From IMG/VR virus record IMGVR_UViG_3300021185_003947: 64,000 nt of DNA; one strand, given 5' to 3'. Position 1 is the stretch's first letter. Each line of letters opens with the position of its first letter. A program made the translations under genes and the position numbers. The notes under the pieces were generated by a model. That model was given only the letters and a program-made list of their open reading frames with translations, did not search any database and was not told the origin of the DNA. Source of the DNA: a virus (Duplodnaviria > Caudoviricetes). This document shows positions 1 through 9,352 of the stretch, piece by piece.

Positions 1-823
1 AGATTTAAAAGAATTTAGTTTAACAGCTCTTGTTGATCCAGCATGGGAAGCAGTTAAAGACTTCTTTACTACAACAATTCCAGGCAAGATGGAAGAATGG
101 AAAAAAGCATATGTTAATTTTGATCCAATGGAATTTATTACTGAAAAATTTGAAGCAGTTAAATGTTTCTTCACTCAAACTATTCCAAACAAAATTGCTG
201 AATTTGATCCACTTAAAGATTTTGATCTAATAGGATCACTTACAAACTCAATATCTGAATTATTAGATTCAATTGTAAGTATTATTCCAAGTGGTGAAGC
301 AATTAAGAAAATGTTAATAAATGCTGCTAAGCTAATTCCACAAGGGGAAAGGATATTAAAACTAGCAGGATTAATACCAGATCCTGAAGCAGAAGCGGCA
401 GCAGCGCGAGCTACAGAAGTTGCAATGAATTTGCCAGCTGAACTTAGCGGCGCGAGTATGGATGGGACTAAAATGGGCACACGTTCTTTGACTTTAGCAA
501 ATTTAGAAAAAGCAAAACTTGAACGGGATTATGGTATGTCAGCGGCCTTAGCTAGAAAAGAAGGAGCTAATCCTGATCTTGCTCGAAGACTTGCAAAAGA
601 GTTAAATCCAGTGATAGCCAAACGTGAACAAGATATTAATGACGCGCTTCGTTTGGCCGCCGCTGTGGCAGCCTCCCAAGCAAGAGAACAAGCACGAATA
701 GATCAGCAAATGTCGAGAACAGTGCAAGAAGGATCAGTGTATACCACAAATAATTATGTTGCTGCATCTCAAGGTTCAACTGATACTGAATTAAGTTGGG
801 TAGAACGATTTTTTCTGAAATAA
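1..823 (+). CDS. C-terminal part of probable baseplate hub/tape-measure (gp29-like) protein; 5' end outside the window
   Basis: Frame is open from position 2 (track start 89 is an internal Met). Has tape-measure-like repeats (WEAVKDFFTTTIPGKM / FEAVKCFFTQTIPNKI) and lies convergent to gp32. Confidence 0.5.
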   Translation, partial: DLKEFSLTALVDPAWEAVKDFFTTTIPGKMEEWKKAYVNFDPMEFITEKFEAVKCFFTQTIPNKIAEFDPLKDFDLIGSLTNSISELLDSIVSIIPSGEAIKKMLINAAKLIPQGERILKLAGLIPDPEAEAAAARATEVAMNLPAELSGASMDGTKMGTRSLTLANLEKAKLERDYGMSAALARKEGANPDLARRLAKELNPVIAKREQDINDALRLAAAVAASQAREQARIDQQMSRTVQEGSVYTTNNYVAASQGSTDTELSWVERFFLK

Positions 824-845
824 CCTAAATGGAAGAATTAAAAAA

Positions 846-871
846 AAATGCCGGCAATTAAGCCGGCATTT
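846..871. terminator. Bidirectional intrinsic terminator
   Basis: AAATGCCGGC-aattaa-GCCGGCATTT, with an A-tract on the left, between convergent genes. Confidence 0.85.
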
Positions 872-890
872 CTCAGTTATATAGTTATAT

Positions 891-1787
891 TTAATCGTTA
901 ACTAAATTAGCAAAATGTGACATGATATCGTCTTCATCATCTGAACTAGCTACAGCACTCATTGCAGGTTCAGGAGCTGATTTAATAGGTGGCGCTACTT
1001 TTTCTTCTCCAAGGCTACGCTCTTGGGCCACAGTGGGAGCTCCAGCAACTGCTGATTCTCCAAGCACACTCATCAATTTAGTTTTTAGCTCTGTATAAGA
1101 CTTATACTTAGTAGGGTCAGTATACTCAGCCAAATCATGCATTGAATTGTAAATACCTTCAAGTTTTGCATCATCATCAGAAAGTACTTCTTGAGAAGCA
1201 AATTCTGATTTATCGTAGTTGCGATAACCTTCAACATCCCGAATTTTTAGTTTGAAGTTAGCACCAGTCCAAAAATCAAATGGATTGATTGGTTCTTCAT
1301 CTGCAAATTCTGGCTGCATTGCATCCATTAGTTTATCAAAGATTTTCTTACCATATTGATAGAGAAATACCTTACCTTCATTGGCAGGGTTACCCGGATC
1401 AGATACGATAAGAACGTTTGATACATAATGCAAACGACGTTTTTGGTTACGAGCGGTTGTCTTATCAGACTCAACACCACTATTCCAAAGACGGCTATTG
1501 ACTTCACCAACTGGATCATCTTGTCCAATAGATGTAAGTGATCGTTCAATGTACCATTTACCAGTTGGGCCTTTAAAGCCATGATCCCAATAACGAACCC
1601 ATGGCAACTCAGAACCTTCTGTAGCTGGGAGAAAACGAAGAACAGCATAACCATTATTCTGTTTATCGACTGTAGGTTTCCAAATACGATCATCTGTGTA
1701 TTTGTTTGTAGAACCGCCAGCAGATTCTGCTGCTGCTACAAGTTTATCAATTTGACCACGGTTCCGTTTTAGATTTGCAAAAGACAT
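891..1787 (-). CDS. gp32: Single-stranded DNA-binding protein gp32
   Basis: DDRIWKPTVDK...GYAVLRFLP, WVRYWDHGFKGPTGKWYIE, NPFDFWTGANFKLKIR and acidic tail, typical of T4-like gp32. Confidence 0.97.
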   Translation of the reverse strand: MSFANLKRNRGQIDKLVAAAESAGGSTNKYTDDRIWKPTVDKQNNGYAVLRFLPATEGSELPWVRYWDHGFKGPTGKWYIERSLTSIGQDDPVGEVNSRLWNSGVESDKTTARNQKRRLHYVSNVLIVSDPGNPANEGKVFLYQYGKKIFDKLMDAMQPEFADEEPINPFDFWTGANFKLKIRDVEGYRNYDKSEFASQEVLSDDDAKLEGIYNSMHDLAEYTDPTKYKSYTELKTKLMSVLGESAVAGAPTVAQERSLGEEKVAPPIKSAPEPAMSAVASSDDEDDIMSHFANLVND

Positions 1788-1867
1788 ATTATATTCCTTA
1801 TATTTGCTGAATTGTGTTTTGTATTAACTGAATTATTATACCACATTTTTGACATGAAGTATACCTT

Positions 1868-1875
1868 TATTTATA
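1868..1875 (-). promoter_or_regulatory. T4-type late promoter TATAAATA upstream of gp32
   Basis: Exact TATAAATA on the minus strand, intergenic; the 8-mer also occurs by chance in AT-rich DNA. Confidence 0.5.
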
Positions 1876-2115
1876 TTATTTTCTGACAAAAATAACTGTC
1901 TCTTTACCAGTGTCAGGATTAACTGATGGAATTGCAACATGACCTTCTGGAACAGGTTGTGTTCCAACATATTCCCATTTTAGACCGGCTGCTTTATTGG
2001 CATCACTTACTGCAAAAAAATCCTCATTTTCATTTGCAAATAGGCCAAAAATCATAATTAGTTCAAACATTCTTGTTTTCCTTTGTGTGTTTATATAGTT
2101 GATAATAGTAGTCAA
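1876..2115 (-). CDS. Hypothetical protein
   Basis: ORF co-oriented with neighbours; true start may be MFELIM. Confidence 0.6.
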   Translation of the reverse strand: MTTIINYINTQRKTRMFELIMIFGLFANENEDFFAVSDANKAAGLKWEYVGTQPVPEGHVAIPSVNPDTGKETVIFVRK

Positions 2116-2344
2116 AAGTTACTGGATAGTTGTCTGGATCGGGTAGCACTCCTTTAAACATTTTAATAAATTCATTTATTTCTTCATTGCTCATGATTAC
2201 ACCTTAAAGCACAATACCATTCCCAAAAATAATAAGCATTTAAGAACATTGCCCCTACGATTATAAGGTTACTAGAAAGATTAATTGCAATATATGAAAG
2301 TATATCTGCAAATATGTATATTACTACATAATCCCACCATCTTA

Positions 2345-2584
2345 TCATTCGAATAGCAATTCATTTTGTTTTGGTAAAAAATTAAGACTCATTGCTTCAG
2401 CTTCAATTTTTTCTCGAATCACATTTGATATAAACTTTTTTACATCTTGTGGATCAATATTAGTGATCTCACATGTCTCAATAACAGCGTCCATATATGA
2501 TAATTTTTTATCAACGACTTGCTCTTCAATTAACTTACCAAACTTGGCTCTGTTCATGAACTTAACTTCTTCTTGCATAATCAT
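2345..2584 (-). CDS. gp33: Late transcription coactivator gp33
   Basis: LSYMDAVIETCE..NIDP..VKKFIS..IREKIEAEAMSLNFL. Confidence 0.92.
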   Translation of the reverse strand: MIMQEEVKFMNRAKFGKLIEEQVVDKKLSYMDAVIETCEITNIDPQDVKKFISNVIREKIEAEAMSLNFLPKQNELLFE

Positions 2585-2589
2585 CCTTT

Positions 2590-3732
2590 CTATTTAGCCA
2601 TAACTCTAACAAGGATAGTATCCTTATTGATGCGACCATTTACTTTATCTTTAGTTTTAGTCGTGAGCTCAGACCATTCTTTTCTAATTTGATTTGCAGA
2701 TTTTGTCAAAACCGCTTTTATAAAATCATCCGGTTTGCGAAGTTTAGTACTACGTGAAAGATCAGCATCAAGGCCTAGAATAGTAGTACCCTTTACTTCA
2801 AAACCAATAGATTTTTGGCATACATATTCTGTTAGCTCTTTGTATTTTACATTAAAGGTATATAAACGCATTGCACCAATTATAGAAGTTGGATGGATTG
2901 AAGTGAGCTTATATTCTTTTGACTCTTTTGCATAATTAAGTTTTTCGACTTGCTTATCTGCAGTTTTAACTTTTGGCTTACGAGTAGTACGCAATGCCTT
3001 TTTTGATGCCATGAATTTATCAGTATCGTTTACAAGTTGATTAAGAAATTCAAGATATTTTTTACGTTCTGGAACAGAAAGATGTGAAAATGCTTCAACC
3101 AAATCTTCGGTTTTATCTTCAACTAATTCTTTTGCTTCATTACGAATAGGTGTATAGTAATCCAAAACAGCTTTGGCTGTATTATTTGCAGCATCAACTT
3201 TTTTTAATTCATCATAGAGTGAATACTTCATGCATTCCTTATGATTTTTAGGATCATATTGATCAAGAACATGTTCAACTTGGCCAATAAATTCTGATGT
3301 TTTTTCTTTTAAAATTTCCTGTATAGTTTTTCTTTGAGGTGATGGATCATCAGCAAGGTCAGCTTTTCTAGCAATGTTTTTCTTTCCACGGCCAAGAATT
3401 TCTTTCATATGGCGATTTAAACATTCTTCGGCTTTCCACCACATTGGAAATTCTTTATCCATTTCTTTCCAAGCAATAGTAGCAGCTACAAAAGGTAAAC
3501 CAGTAAAAGCCCATTCAGGTGCTTCAAGAGCAATCTTAGCCTGATCCTTTGGCATAGTTGTTTTAATATAAGACTTAATCTTTGATGCAATATCTTTTTT
3601 ATCAAGATCAGTACGGCAATAGTCGTTAAAATCACGAAAGTTTCCCATTGGCCCAGCAGTAAATCCAGTTGACTTACGTCGGGAAAATGTTTGCTTGACT
3701 TTAGCTTTCTTTGTAAGCTTACGAGTTACCAT
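2590..3732 (-). CDS. Conserved hypothetical T4-like phage protein
   Basis: 380-aa ORF; C-terminal LTSIHPTSIIGA...GFEVKGTTI...LRKP resembles a conserved marine T4-like gene found next to gp33. Confidence 0.75.
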   Translation of the reverse strand: MVTRKLTKKAKVKQTFSRRKSTGFTAGPMGNFRDFNDYCRTDLDKKDIASKIKSYIKTTMPKDQAKIALEAPEWAFTGLPFVAATIAWKEMDKEFPMWWKAEECLNRHMKEILGRGKKNIARKADLADDPSPQRKTIQEILKEKTSEFIGQVEHVLDQYDPKNHKECMKYSLYDELKKVDAANNTAKAVLDYYTPIRNEAKELVEDKTEDLVEAFSHLSVPERKKYLEFLNQLVNDTDKFMASKKALRTTRKPKVKTADKQVEKLNYAKESKEYKLTSIHPTSIIGAMRLYTFNVKYKELTEYVCQKSIGFEVKGTTILGLDADLSRSTKLRKPDDFIKAVLTKSANQIRKEWSELTTKTKDKVNGRINKDTILVRVMAK

Positions 3733-3925
3733 TATTAAAGTCCTCTATTTTGATTAAATCATAATCTCCATCATCCATTTCTTCGTAATGAATATAGCCA
3801 TCATGACATAGTTTAGTTATTACAAGATCAATTATGCCTTCAACGTTTTCTTCTTTTGCGCTTCTACGACCAATAATATAGGATGTAATAATAATCCCAC
3901 TTACAAGTAAACCAAGTTCAAGCAT
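3719..3925 (-). CDS. Hypothetical membrane-anchored protein
   Basis: N-terminal hydrophobic helix, AGGAG RBS, early promoter upstream. Confidence 0.7.
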   Translation of the reverse strand: MLELGLLVSGIIITSYIIGRRSAKEENVEGIIDLVITKLCHDGYIHYEEMDDGDYDLIKIEDFNNGNS

Positions 3926-3948
3926 AGTTATCTCCTTAACATATGACT

Positions 3949-3977
3949 ATAATAACATATATAAGAGCGATTGTAAA
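3949..3977 (-). promoter_or_regulatory. Early (sigma70-type) promoter
   Basis: GGGTTTACA-N17-TATTAT. Confidence 0.8.
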
Positions 3978-4004
3978 CCCTTAAATGCATTTTTTTTATT
4001 TTTT

Positions 4005-4232
4005 TTATGATTTACCTGCAGTAACATATGAGCCTTCAGCCATATCATACGCCGCTACTAATTCTTTTAACATGTATGGTGATATTACCACAATATTAAA
4101 ATCATCGTCATCAGTGTATTGACGAATATAACAGAGTTCTTCGTCAACTATAATTTCAACATCATCGGTTTTTCCATTATTATCTAAAATGGTAATAATA
4201 CTATGATCATATTTATGTTCAACTGTAATCAT
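4005..4232 (-). CDS. Hypothetical protein
   Basis: ORF track; co-oriented acidic small protein. Confidence 0.65.
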   Translation of the reverse strand: MITVEHKYDHSIITILDNNGKTDDVEIIVDEELCYIRQYTDDDDFNIVVISPYMLKELVAAYDMAEGSYVTAGKS

Positions 4233-4344
4233 AATTTTCTAAGTAAACCTTTTAATTTTACAATTTCAGCATTAGTAAGAGCTGCGTGAGGGACTTTTAG
4301 AAGTCGATTCACTGCATTAATGATAAAGTCTCTATCGTCTTGAT

Positions 4345-4632
4345 TCATTTCTTAGCAGTCTTTCTTAAGCTCTTAAGGGCCTCTGAGATGATAGTTGGAT
4401 ATTTTCCAATGTAACTACCTGCTTCTAAAACATCCTTGCTTAGTAGATGTTTATGATAGTGTTCAATATTGTCCCATTGCTTCAGGATATTTTTTGCTAA
4501 TTTATCATAAAAATCATCAGACAATATTGGATCGTCTTTCTCATAATAAGCATACGATGCCATAAGATAATATGGCACCGTCATATTTACATTATTAGTA
4601 ATTATTCTAATAACATGTTTATCTAAAATCAT
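4345..4632 (-). CDS. Stand-alone NAD-dependent DNA ligase N-terminal (Ia)-like domain protein
   Basis: ASYAYYEKDDPILSDDFYDKL resembles LigA Ia YY..D.P.I.D..YD.L. Confidence 0.65.
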   Translation of the reverse strand: MILDKHVIRIITNNVNMTVPYYLMASYAYYEKDDPILSDDFYDKLAKNILKQWDNIEHYHKHLLSKDVLEAGSYIGKYPTIISEALKSLRKTAKK

Positions 4633-4961
4633 CTACGCATACTCGCCGCATCAACTGCTGCCTGTTTATTGTCTTTACGAATTGGCATAAGATTACTTTT
4701 GTGTGTTACAACAATACCAGCAATCTCATTACCTGTATATTTATTCGTTTCTTTTAGTGTACCATTATCAATACTATTTGATAATTGATCTCTTGAAACT
4801 TTAAATTTTGGGCGCTCATGGCGATAGTCTTGTTTAGTACCTTTTACACCCATACGATCAAGAAAAGCTTGATGTTCAGCTTCTCTTTCTTTCCATCCAG
4901 GCTTCTTTTTGATTTTTGATTTTCCGTGCACTTGCACGCCTCGAATCATGTGCATAGACAT
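4629..4961 (-). CDS. Hypothetical basic protein
   Basis: Start moved to MSMHM (AAGGAG RBS); the track's longer start overlaps tRNA-Leu. Confidence 0.7.
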   Translation of the reverse strand: MSMHMIRGVQVHGKSKIKKKPGWKEREAEHQAFLDRMGVKGTKQDYRHERPKFKVSRDQLSNSIDNGTLKETNKYTGNEIAGIVVTHKSNLMPIRKDNKQAAVDAASMRR

Positions 4962-4979
4962 TGTATACTCCTTTTTATT

Positions 4980-5064
4980 TGGTGTGGATGGAGAGACTCG
5001 AACTCTCACGCCGTAAAGCACTAGAACCTAAATCTAGCGTGTCTACCAATTTCACCACATCCAC
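4980..5064 (-). tRNA. tRNA-Leu(UAG)
   Basis: GTGGATG/CATCCAC acceptor, CTAGA-TTTAGGT-TCTAG anticodon arm, long variable arm, TTCGAGT T-loop, encoded CCA. Confidence 0.96.
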
Positions 5065-5073
5065 ACACGTTTT

Positions 5074-5148
5074 TGGCTGGAACGGTAGGACTCGAACCTA
5101 CAATCACCTGTACCAAAAACAGGGGCATTACCATTATGCTACGTTCCA
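5074..5148 (-). tRNA. tRNA-Gln(UUG)
   Basis: TGGAACG/CGTTCCA acceptor, CCTGT-TTTTGGT-ACAGG, GGTTCGAGTCC, CCA. Confidence 0.96.
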
Positions 5149-5179
5149 AAAACTTCTATGTCAAGCAATAAATCTCTTT

Positions 5180-5380
5180 TTATGTTTTTTCGTTTGATGC
5201 TCCATCTACTTCTTCATAACCAGTTCCAAAACAAAATTCACATTCCATTTTCGAAATCTCGGCAACACCAGAACCATCACAATTCTCACAAACTTCGCCT
5301 CGAAACCACTCGTCGATGTTATCCTCCACTCGCTCTAACCACTCGTCGATGTTATCATCACCCCATATAGATATAGTCAT
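5180..5380 (-). CDS. Small DnaJ-type zinc-finger protein
   Basis: CENCDGSG...CEFCFGTG (two CxxCxGxG motifs). Confidence 0.7.
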   Translation of the reverse strand: MTISIWGDDNIDEWLERVEDNIDEWFRGEVCENCDGSGVAEISKMECEFCFGTGYEEVDGASNEKT

Positions 5381-5422
5381 TTTTTTGTCCTTTCAGTGAC
5401 AAGTGATTCTTCCTACTCTATT

Positions 5423-5451
5423 AATCTATCACACTTTTAAGCAATTGTAAA
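5423..5451 (-). promoter_or_regulatory. Early promoter
   Basis: TTTACA-N17-TAGATT. Confidence 0.75.
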
Positions 5452-5464
5452 GGATTATTTTGAT

Positions 5465-5749
5465 TTACACAGAATAAACTTTTGGACGATAAACATATTT
5501 ACATTCTTGTACGCTATCAACACGAAAAGAACGCCAGCCTTTTGCGGTCGTGTCCCAGCATGGAATGACTTCAGGATTTACAGCACGAACTTTCTTTTGA
5601 GTAATAGGTTCATCTTTTTCAGCAGATGGAATCATACCTTCTAGCAAAGTACAAGTCATAACTCGCTTATCACCATTTACTTTTGTAAAGGTTACTTCAC
5701 ATACTCCTGATGTAAGCATATTCATATAGTTATCACGATCTTCAGTCAT
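5465..5749 (-). CDS. WYL_2/DUF2693-like Sm/SH3-fold phage protein
   Basis: VTFTKVNGDKRVMTCTL...WDTTAKGWRSFRVDSV; start set at MTEDR. Confidence 0.7.
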   Translation of the reverse strand: MTEDRDNYMNMLTSGVCEVTFTKVNGDKRVMTCTLLEGMIPSAEKDEPITQKKVRAVNPEVIPCWDTTAKGWRSFRVDSVQECKYVYRPKVYSV

Positions 5750-6110
5750 TGATATTACCCTTTCCGGTAAATGCATCATTTTCTAAATGATACTTGTTAA
5801 TAAGTTTTCTTAAGAATTTATTAGTATCGTCTGCTTCATCTCTTTGCCGTTCAATACGACTTATAGATTTCCACATATGATCTTGTATTTCTTTTTCTTT
5901 TTCTAAAGCGTTTTCAAGTTCAATAATATATTCAGCTGCTTTCCAAGCATAATGTTCAGTGCATCTAGCCTTCCATTCTTCACCTGCTTGGTTTTTAAGT
6001 GATTGAACAACTTCAGATTGCTGTGGACGAGGATTAATATCTAAATAAACCTTGTCCACAACATCATGCTCATTTTCCTCCTTTTCAAAACCGTGAGTTT
6101 GAACTTCCAT
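5742..6110 (-). CDS. Hypothetical coiled-coil protein
   Basis: ORF track; start set at MEVQT. Confidence 0.6.
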   Translation of the reverse strand: MEVQTHGFEKEENEHDVVDKVYLDINPRPQQSEVVQSLKNQAGEEWKARCTEHYAWKAAEYIIELENALEKEKEIQDHMWKSISRIERQRDEADDTNKFLRKLINKYHLENDAFTGKGNIND

Positions 6111-6304
6111 TAACCCCACCGATCTTTTCGTGTTTGACCACGATCTAAAAACCACCGATCATTATTTAAATTTTCACACATTTCAATAGCAGCTTCTTCA
6201 CTACGACAAATAGTAACTAAAGTTTTACCAGTTACAATTTGCCATAACTCTTGGCCAAGTCTTGCTGGATCTTTATGAACCTTCCATTTAAAATCATTAG
6301 TCAT
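6110..6304 (-). CDS. Hypothetical protein
   Basis: ORF with GGAG RBS, coupled to next gene. Confidence 0.65.
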   Translation of the reverse strand: MTNDFKWKVHKDPARLGQELWQIVTGKTLVTICRSEEAAIEMCENLNNDRWFLDRGQTRKDRWG

Positions 6305-6315
6305 AGTAGTCTCCT

Positions 6316-6867
6316 TTAAAATGCCAACTGAATATCAGCTGGACCATTATAGTATTCGTCATCGTGCATACCCATAGCTTCAAGCAATTCATCAGTTTCT
6401 TGCTTAAATATTTTATAGAACTTTGGATCGTGTTTTTTGATACTTTTGCGATTGTGCTCAATATCAAACTTCTTGATTAGTTTTACCCAACCCGGTGCTT
6501 TTGCTAAGCGGTCTCGATCAAGTTCTTTTCGAAGTGCGCGATTGCCAACAAACAATTCGGTATTAGTTAAAAACCATACACCTTTTGCAACTTCATCTGA
6601 AAACCGCTCTCTGATGTCCACATGATCAAATGGTGTATCTTCAACAACATCATGAAGAAGTGCCACAGCCATGGCCACAGTAACATTAACTGGGCTTGGA
6701 CCATGAGGATCAGTGTAGTGTGGATTTTCATCAAGATGCTCTTCAATCATATCCGAAACTGCAAGACAGTGTGAAAAATATGCTTCACCTGTGTACTTAC
6801 GGATTTGATTAGCATGTGCACGTTTTGCAAATGAAATCGCTTTATCTAACATCACATGATCTTCCAT
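6316..6867 (-). CDS. HD-domain phosphohydrolase, SpoT/Mesh1 small alarmone hydrolase-like
   Basis: FAKRAHANQIRKYTGEAYFSHCLAV...ALLHDVVEDT. Confidence 0.85.
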   Translation of the reverse strand: MEDHVMLDKAISFAKRAHANQIRKYTGEAYFSHCLAVSDMIEEHLDENPHYTDPHGPSPVNVTVAMAVALLHDVVEDTPFDHVDIRERFSDEVAKGVWFLTNTELFVGNRALRKELDRDRLAKAPGWVKLIKKFDIEHNRKSIKKHDPKFYKIFKQETDELLEAMGMHDDEYYNGPADIQLAF

Positions 6868-7018
6868 TACATATCCTTACGTATAAACATATCCCAGAAC
6901 ATCCATACTAGAGCGGATGCTTGCATTAGCATAATTCCTATAAGTACACCTACAAGGAAACCAAAAGCAAGGCTGAAACCAAAAGCAAGGGTTTCTTCTA
7001 ACAATTCATACATTACTA

Positions 7019-7210
7019 TTAATCCTCTTCTTCATCTTCTTTTTCGATAAACAGTTGATCTGTATTGTTTGCTATAAACAGCCAAACTAATACGCCATAG
7101 CACATTAAGTATCCTGCAATCGAGTCCAGTATTATAAGACAAATACCAAGCCCACCGAAAAATAGAGTGAATGCGATCCATAATGGATTAATCATTAGTA
7201 ATCTCCCCAA
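7019..7210 (-). CDS. Small two-TM membrane protein
   Basis: Two hydrophobic segments and an acidic tail. Confidence 0.6.
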   Translation of the reverse strand: MGRLLMINPLWIAFTLFFGGLGICLIILDSIAGYLMCYGVLVWLFIANNTDQLFIEKEDEEED

Positions 7211-7485
7211 TCTGTATCATGACGAGTTGTTTCGTGTAGTGTCTCGCCATAGTGTGTTTTAGCATATTTAGATGCATCAGTATAATGATTAACATTATCT
7301 TGACCACCAGTAAAATCAGTTAGTTTTTTATCTTCAGCTGTACGCTTTTTACGAGCAACGATACGAACTTTTGCAGTATTTTTACGAATTGTTGCCAACC
7401 GCTCTTTGCGAGCCTTTTCGTTTTTTTGCTTTTCAGCAATTGCTTTAATTATTGCCAGCCGATCATCTAGGTTTTTAGCAATCAT
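7195..7485 (-). CDS. Hypothetical basic protein
   Basis: AGGAG RBS, early promoter upstream. Confidence 0.7.
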   Translation of the reverse strand: MIAKNLDDRLAIIKAIAEKQKNEKARKERLATIRKNTAKVRIVARKKRTAEDKKLTDFTGGQDNVNHYTDASKYAKTHYGETLHETTRHDTDWGDY

Positions 7486-7505
7486 GATATTCTCCTTTGT
7501 TAGAT

Positions 7506-7949
7506 TTAATCTATCACACTTTTGAGCGATTGTAAAGGATTATTTTCAATATTTTGAAAAGAATTCCAAAGAATTTCTTCTTTTTCAAATGCATCTATTT
7601 CCCAAGGGAGATCTTCATAATCAATCCCTTCATATGTTTCACCAAACCAAGTCTTTTCGATATCACAGAATTTTTCTTCAAGGACTTGTTGAACATGGAC
7701 AAGTTCATGAAAAATTGTTTTTATTATTTCTTCGACTGATTTCTTACTATTAATTTCGATAGCAGCAACACCATCTTCTTCATCGCCAATACCGTCAAAA
7801 TAACCACAATTATCTCCATTTTTACTTTTAAATACAATTTGAAGCTCTTCAAGGTCTTCAAGAATAAGCATTTCATTTGCATATGAAACTACCGAGTCAA
7901 GAACTTCGTTTGAAATTTTTGTGGGTTTATTGTATGTATCGAGAATCAT
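7506..7949 (-). CDS. HExxH zinc-metallopeptidase-like protein
   Basis: IFHELVHVQQ...LPWEIDAF; start set at MILDT. Confidence 0.75.
   Translation of the reverse strand: MILDTYNKPTKISNEVLDSVVSYANEMLILEDLEELQIVFKSKNGDNCGYFDGIGDEEDGVAAIEINSKKSVEEIIKTIFHELVHVQQVLEEKFCDIEKTWFGETYEGIDYEDLPWEIDAFEKEEILWNSFQNIENNPLQSLKSVID
7508..7536 (-). promoter_or_regulatory. Early promoter
   Basis: TTTACA-N17-TAGATT, nearly identical to 5423-5451. Confidence 0.75.
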
Positions 7950-7953
7950 ATTA

Positions 7954-8145
7954 TTATACCGCCATGAGGTCAAAGGGATCGTCGTATAGTTGTTCCCAGC
8001 ATTCTTCAAGGGCATCCTCATCATTTGAAGAGAAAGTAACAGTATTGTCAGGATTGATTGTGTAGTCAATCCCTAATCCATCAGTGAAGATAGGAAGAAG
8101 TGAAAATTGAAAGGTTGGGTTAGGTTGAAAAGTGAAAGATTTCAT
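7954..8145 (-). CDS. Hypothetical protein
   Basis: AGGAG RBS, directly behind early promoter. Confidence 0.65.
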   Translation of the reverse strand: MKSFTFQPNPTFQFSLLPIFTDGLGIDYTINPDNTVTFSSNDEDALEECWEQLYDDPFDLMAV

Positions 8146-8168
8146 TTAGTTTCTCCTTTGTTAGATAT

Positions 8169-8197
8169 AGTCTATACTATTCAAGCACAAATGTAAA
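8169..8197 (-). promoter_or_regulatory. Early promoter
   Basis: GTTTACA-N17-TAGACT. Confidence 0.8.
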
Positions 8198-8251
8198 CAA
8201 AAAAATGCACCCGAAGATGCATTTAATTATAGGTGTAACATATTTGTCACA
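8192..8251. repeat. Dispersed ~60-bp intergenic repeat, copy 1 (-35 box, UUCG hairpin, 18-bp palindrome); copy 2 at 9570-9629
   Basis: tgtaaacaaaaaaatgcacccgaagatgcatttaattatag(g/a)tgtaacatatttgtcaca. Confidence 0.9.
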
Positions 8252-8254
8252 CTA

Positions 8255-8461
8255 TCAATACTCTTTATAACAACCATCTTCTTCATTATCATTAAATCCT
8301 TTAGTATAAGCTACAATTTCTTTTGACGTCATATCTTCCATTTTAATACATGGACTATTATATGTACCCTCAACAAAATAATGAGGATTGAAGCCTCTTC
8401 TATAATAACTATCGGCGCTGCCTCTATCGTATGGCCCACCATGACGTTTATCATATGTCAT
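8255..8461 (-). CDS. Hypothetical phage protein
   Basis: HGGPYDRGSADSYYRR motif, AGGAG RBS. Confidence 0.7.
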   Translation of the reverse strand: MTYDKRHGGPYDRGSADSYYRRGFNPHYFVEGTYNSPCIKMEDMTSKEIVAYTKGFNDNEEDGCYKEY

Positions 8462-8500
8462 TATATTTCTCCTATGTTAACATTGCTATAAGAAGACACG

Positions 8501-8710
8501 CTAGGAAGATGCCTTCAAGAATTGGTTGTTCGAACATTTTTGTACCTCAATTTGTTTCATTATGTATTCCATGTAGGTTGATCCTACTTTGTTCTTTACT
8601 TCTTCGATAATTGACCTATCGTCAATATTGTCAGCCAATCGTTTTGCCACCAACTTAGAAATAAATTCTAAATCGTGATAATCATATAAGGCTGGCTGAC
8701 ATATTTTCAT
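8501..8710 (-). CDS. Hypothetical protein
   Basis: ORF track, co-oriented. Confidence 0.6.
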   Translation of the reverse strand: MKICQPALYDYHDLEFISKLVAKRLADNIDDRSIIEEVKNKVGSTYMEYIMKQIEVQKCSNNQFLKASS

Positions 8711-8713
8711 ATT

Positions 8714-9352
8714 TTATTCTTCCATTTTTAATTTGCGAGCGGCGGTTAACCGATCATAGCTTTTCTTCCAGACTTCTGGAGATTTGATATTCGATGACTC
8801 AGTAACTTTTAACTTTTTTTCTTTAAAACAGGCTTTAAGATAATCTGCATTTTCACTACTCATAAACCGAGAAACCAGTTTAAGAAGAGTGATACGAAAG
8901 CGTACATCATGGTGCATATTGCCTGCGCTATGTGCCATTTCATGGAGAAGAACATATTGATTTAAACCGCTTCTACGATTAAGATCAATATTATGAGCCC
9001 ATGCACGACCAGCTGTTCTACTGCCAGACATTTCAGCCAAAGCAATATTTCTTACACCGGCAGTTGATATTTTTTTCCAAGTCTTTGAAGCTAAAACTTT
9101 GTCACAATATTTTTGAGCTTCTTTAAGATTTTTAAACTTTTTACCCTGACCATAAGTACGCTCATACTTAAACTCAGCACTGTAAACTTTTGATTTATCT
9201 GAGTCACGAGAATATTTGCCATTCTTACGACCAGTTTTAATCAAAGTTTCTTTTTTATTTACATAGTCAAGAAACTTCATAATAGTATCATCATCCCAAC
9301 CTTTACTTTTGAGATCAATTACAACTGGCCTTTGATAAGAACGATAAATCAT
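8714..9352 (-). CDS. HExxH (SprT-like) putative metallopeptidase
   Basis: VLLHEMAHSAGNMHHDVRF. Confidence 0.7.
   Translation of the reverse strand: MIYRSYQRPVVIDLKSKGWDDDTIMKFLDYVNKKETLIKTGRKNGKYSRDSDKSKVYSAEFKYERTYGQGKKFKNLKEAQKYCDKVLASKTWKKISTAGVRNIALAEMSGSRTAGRAWAHNIDLNRRSGLNQYVLLHEMAHSAGNMHHDVRFRITLLKLVSRFMSSENADYLKACFKEKKLKVTESSNIKSPEVWKKSYDRLTAARKLKMEE

Noticed and set aside
4962-5021. N-terminal extension of the 130-aa ORF
   Set aside because: It overlaps tRNA-Leu(UAG); a good RBS supports the start at 4961.
5308-5356. 18-bp direct repeat ccactcgtcgatgttatc
   Set aside because: Two copies only, encoding DNIDEW twice within one ORF; not a CRISPR array.
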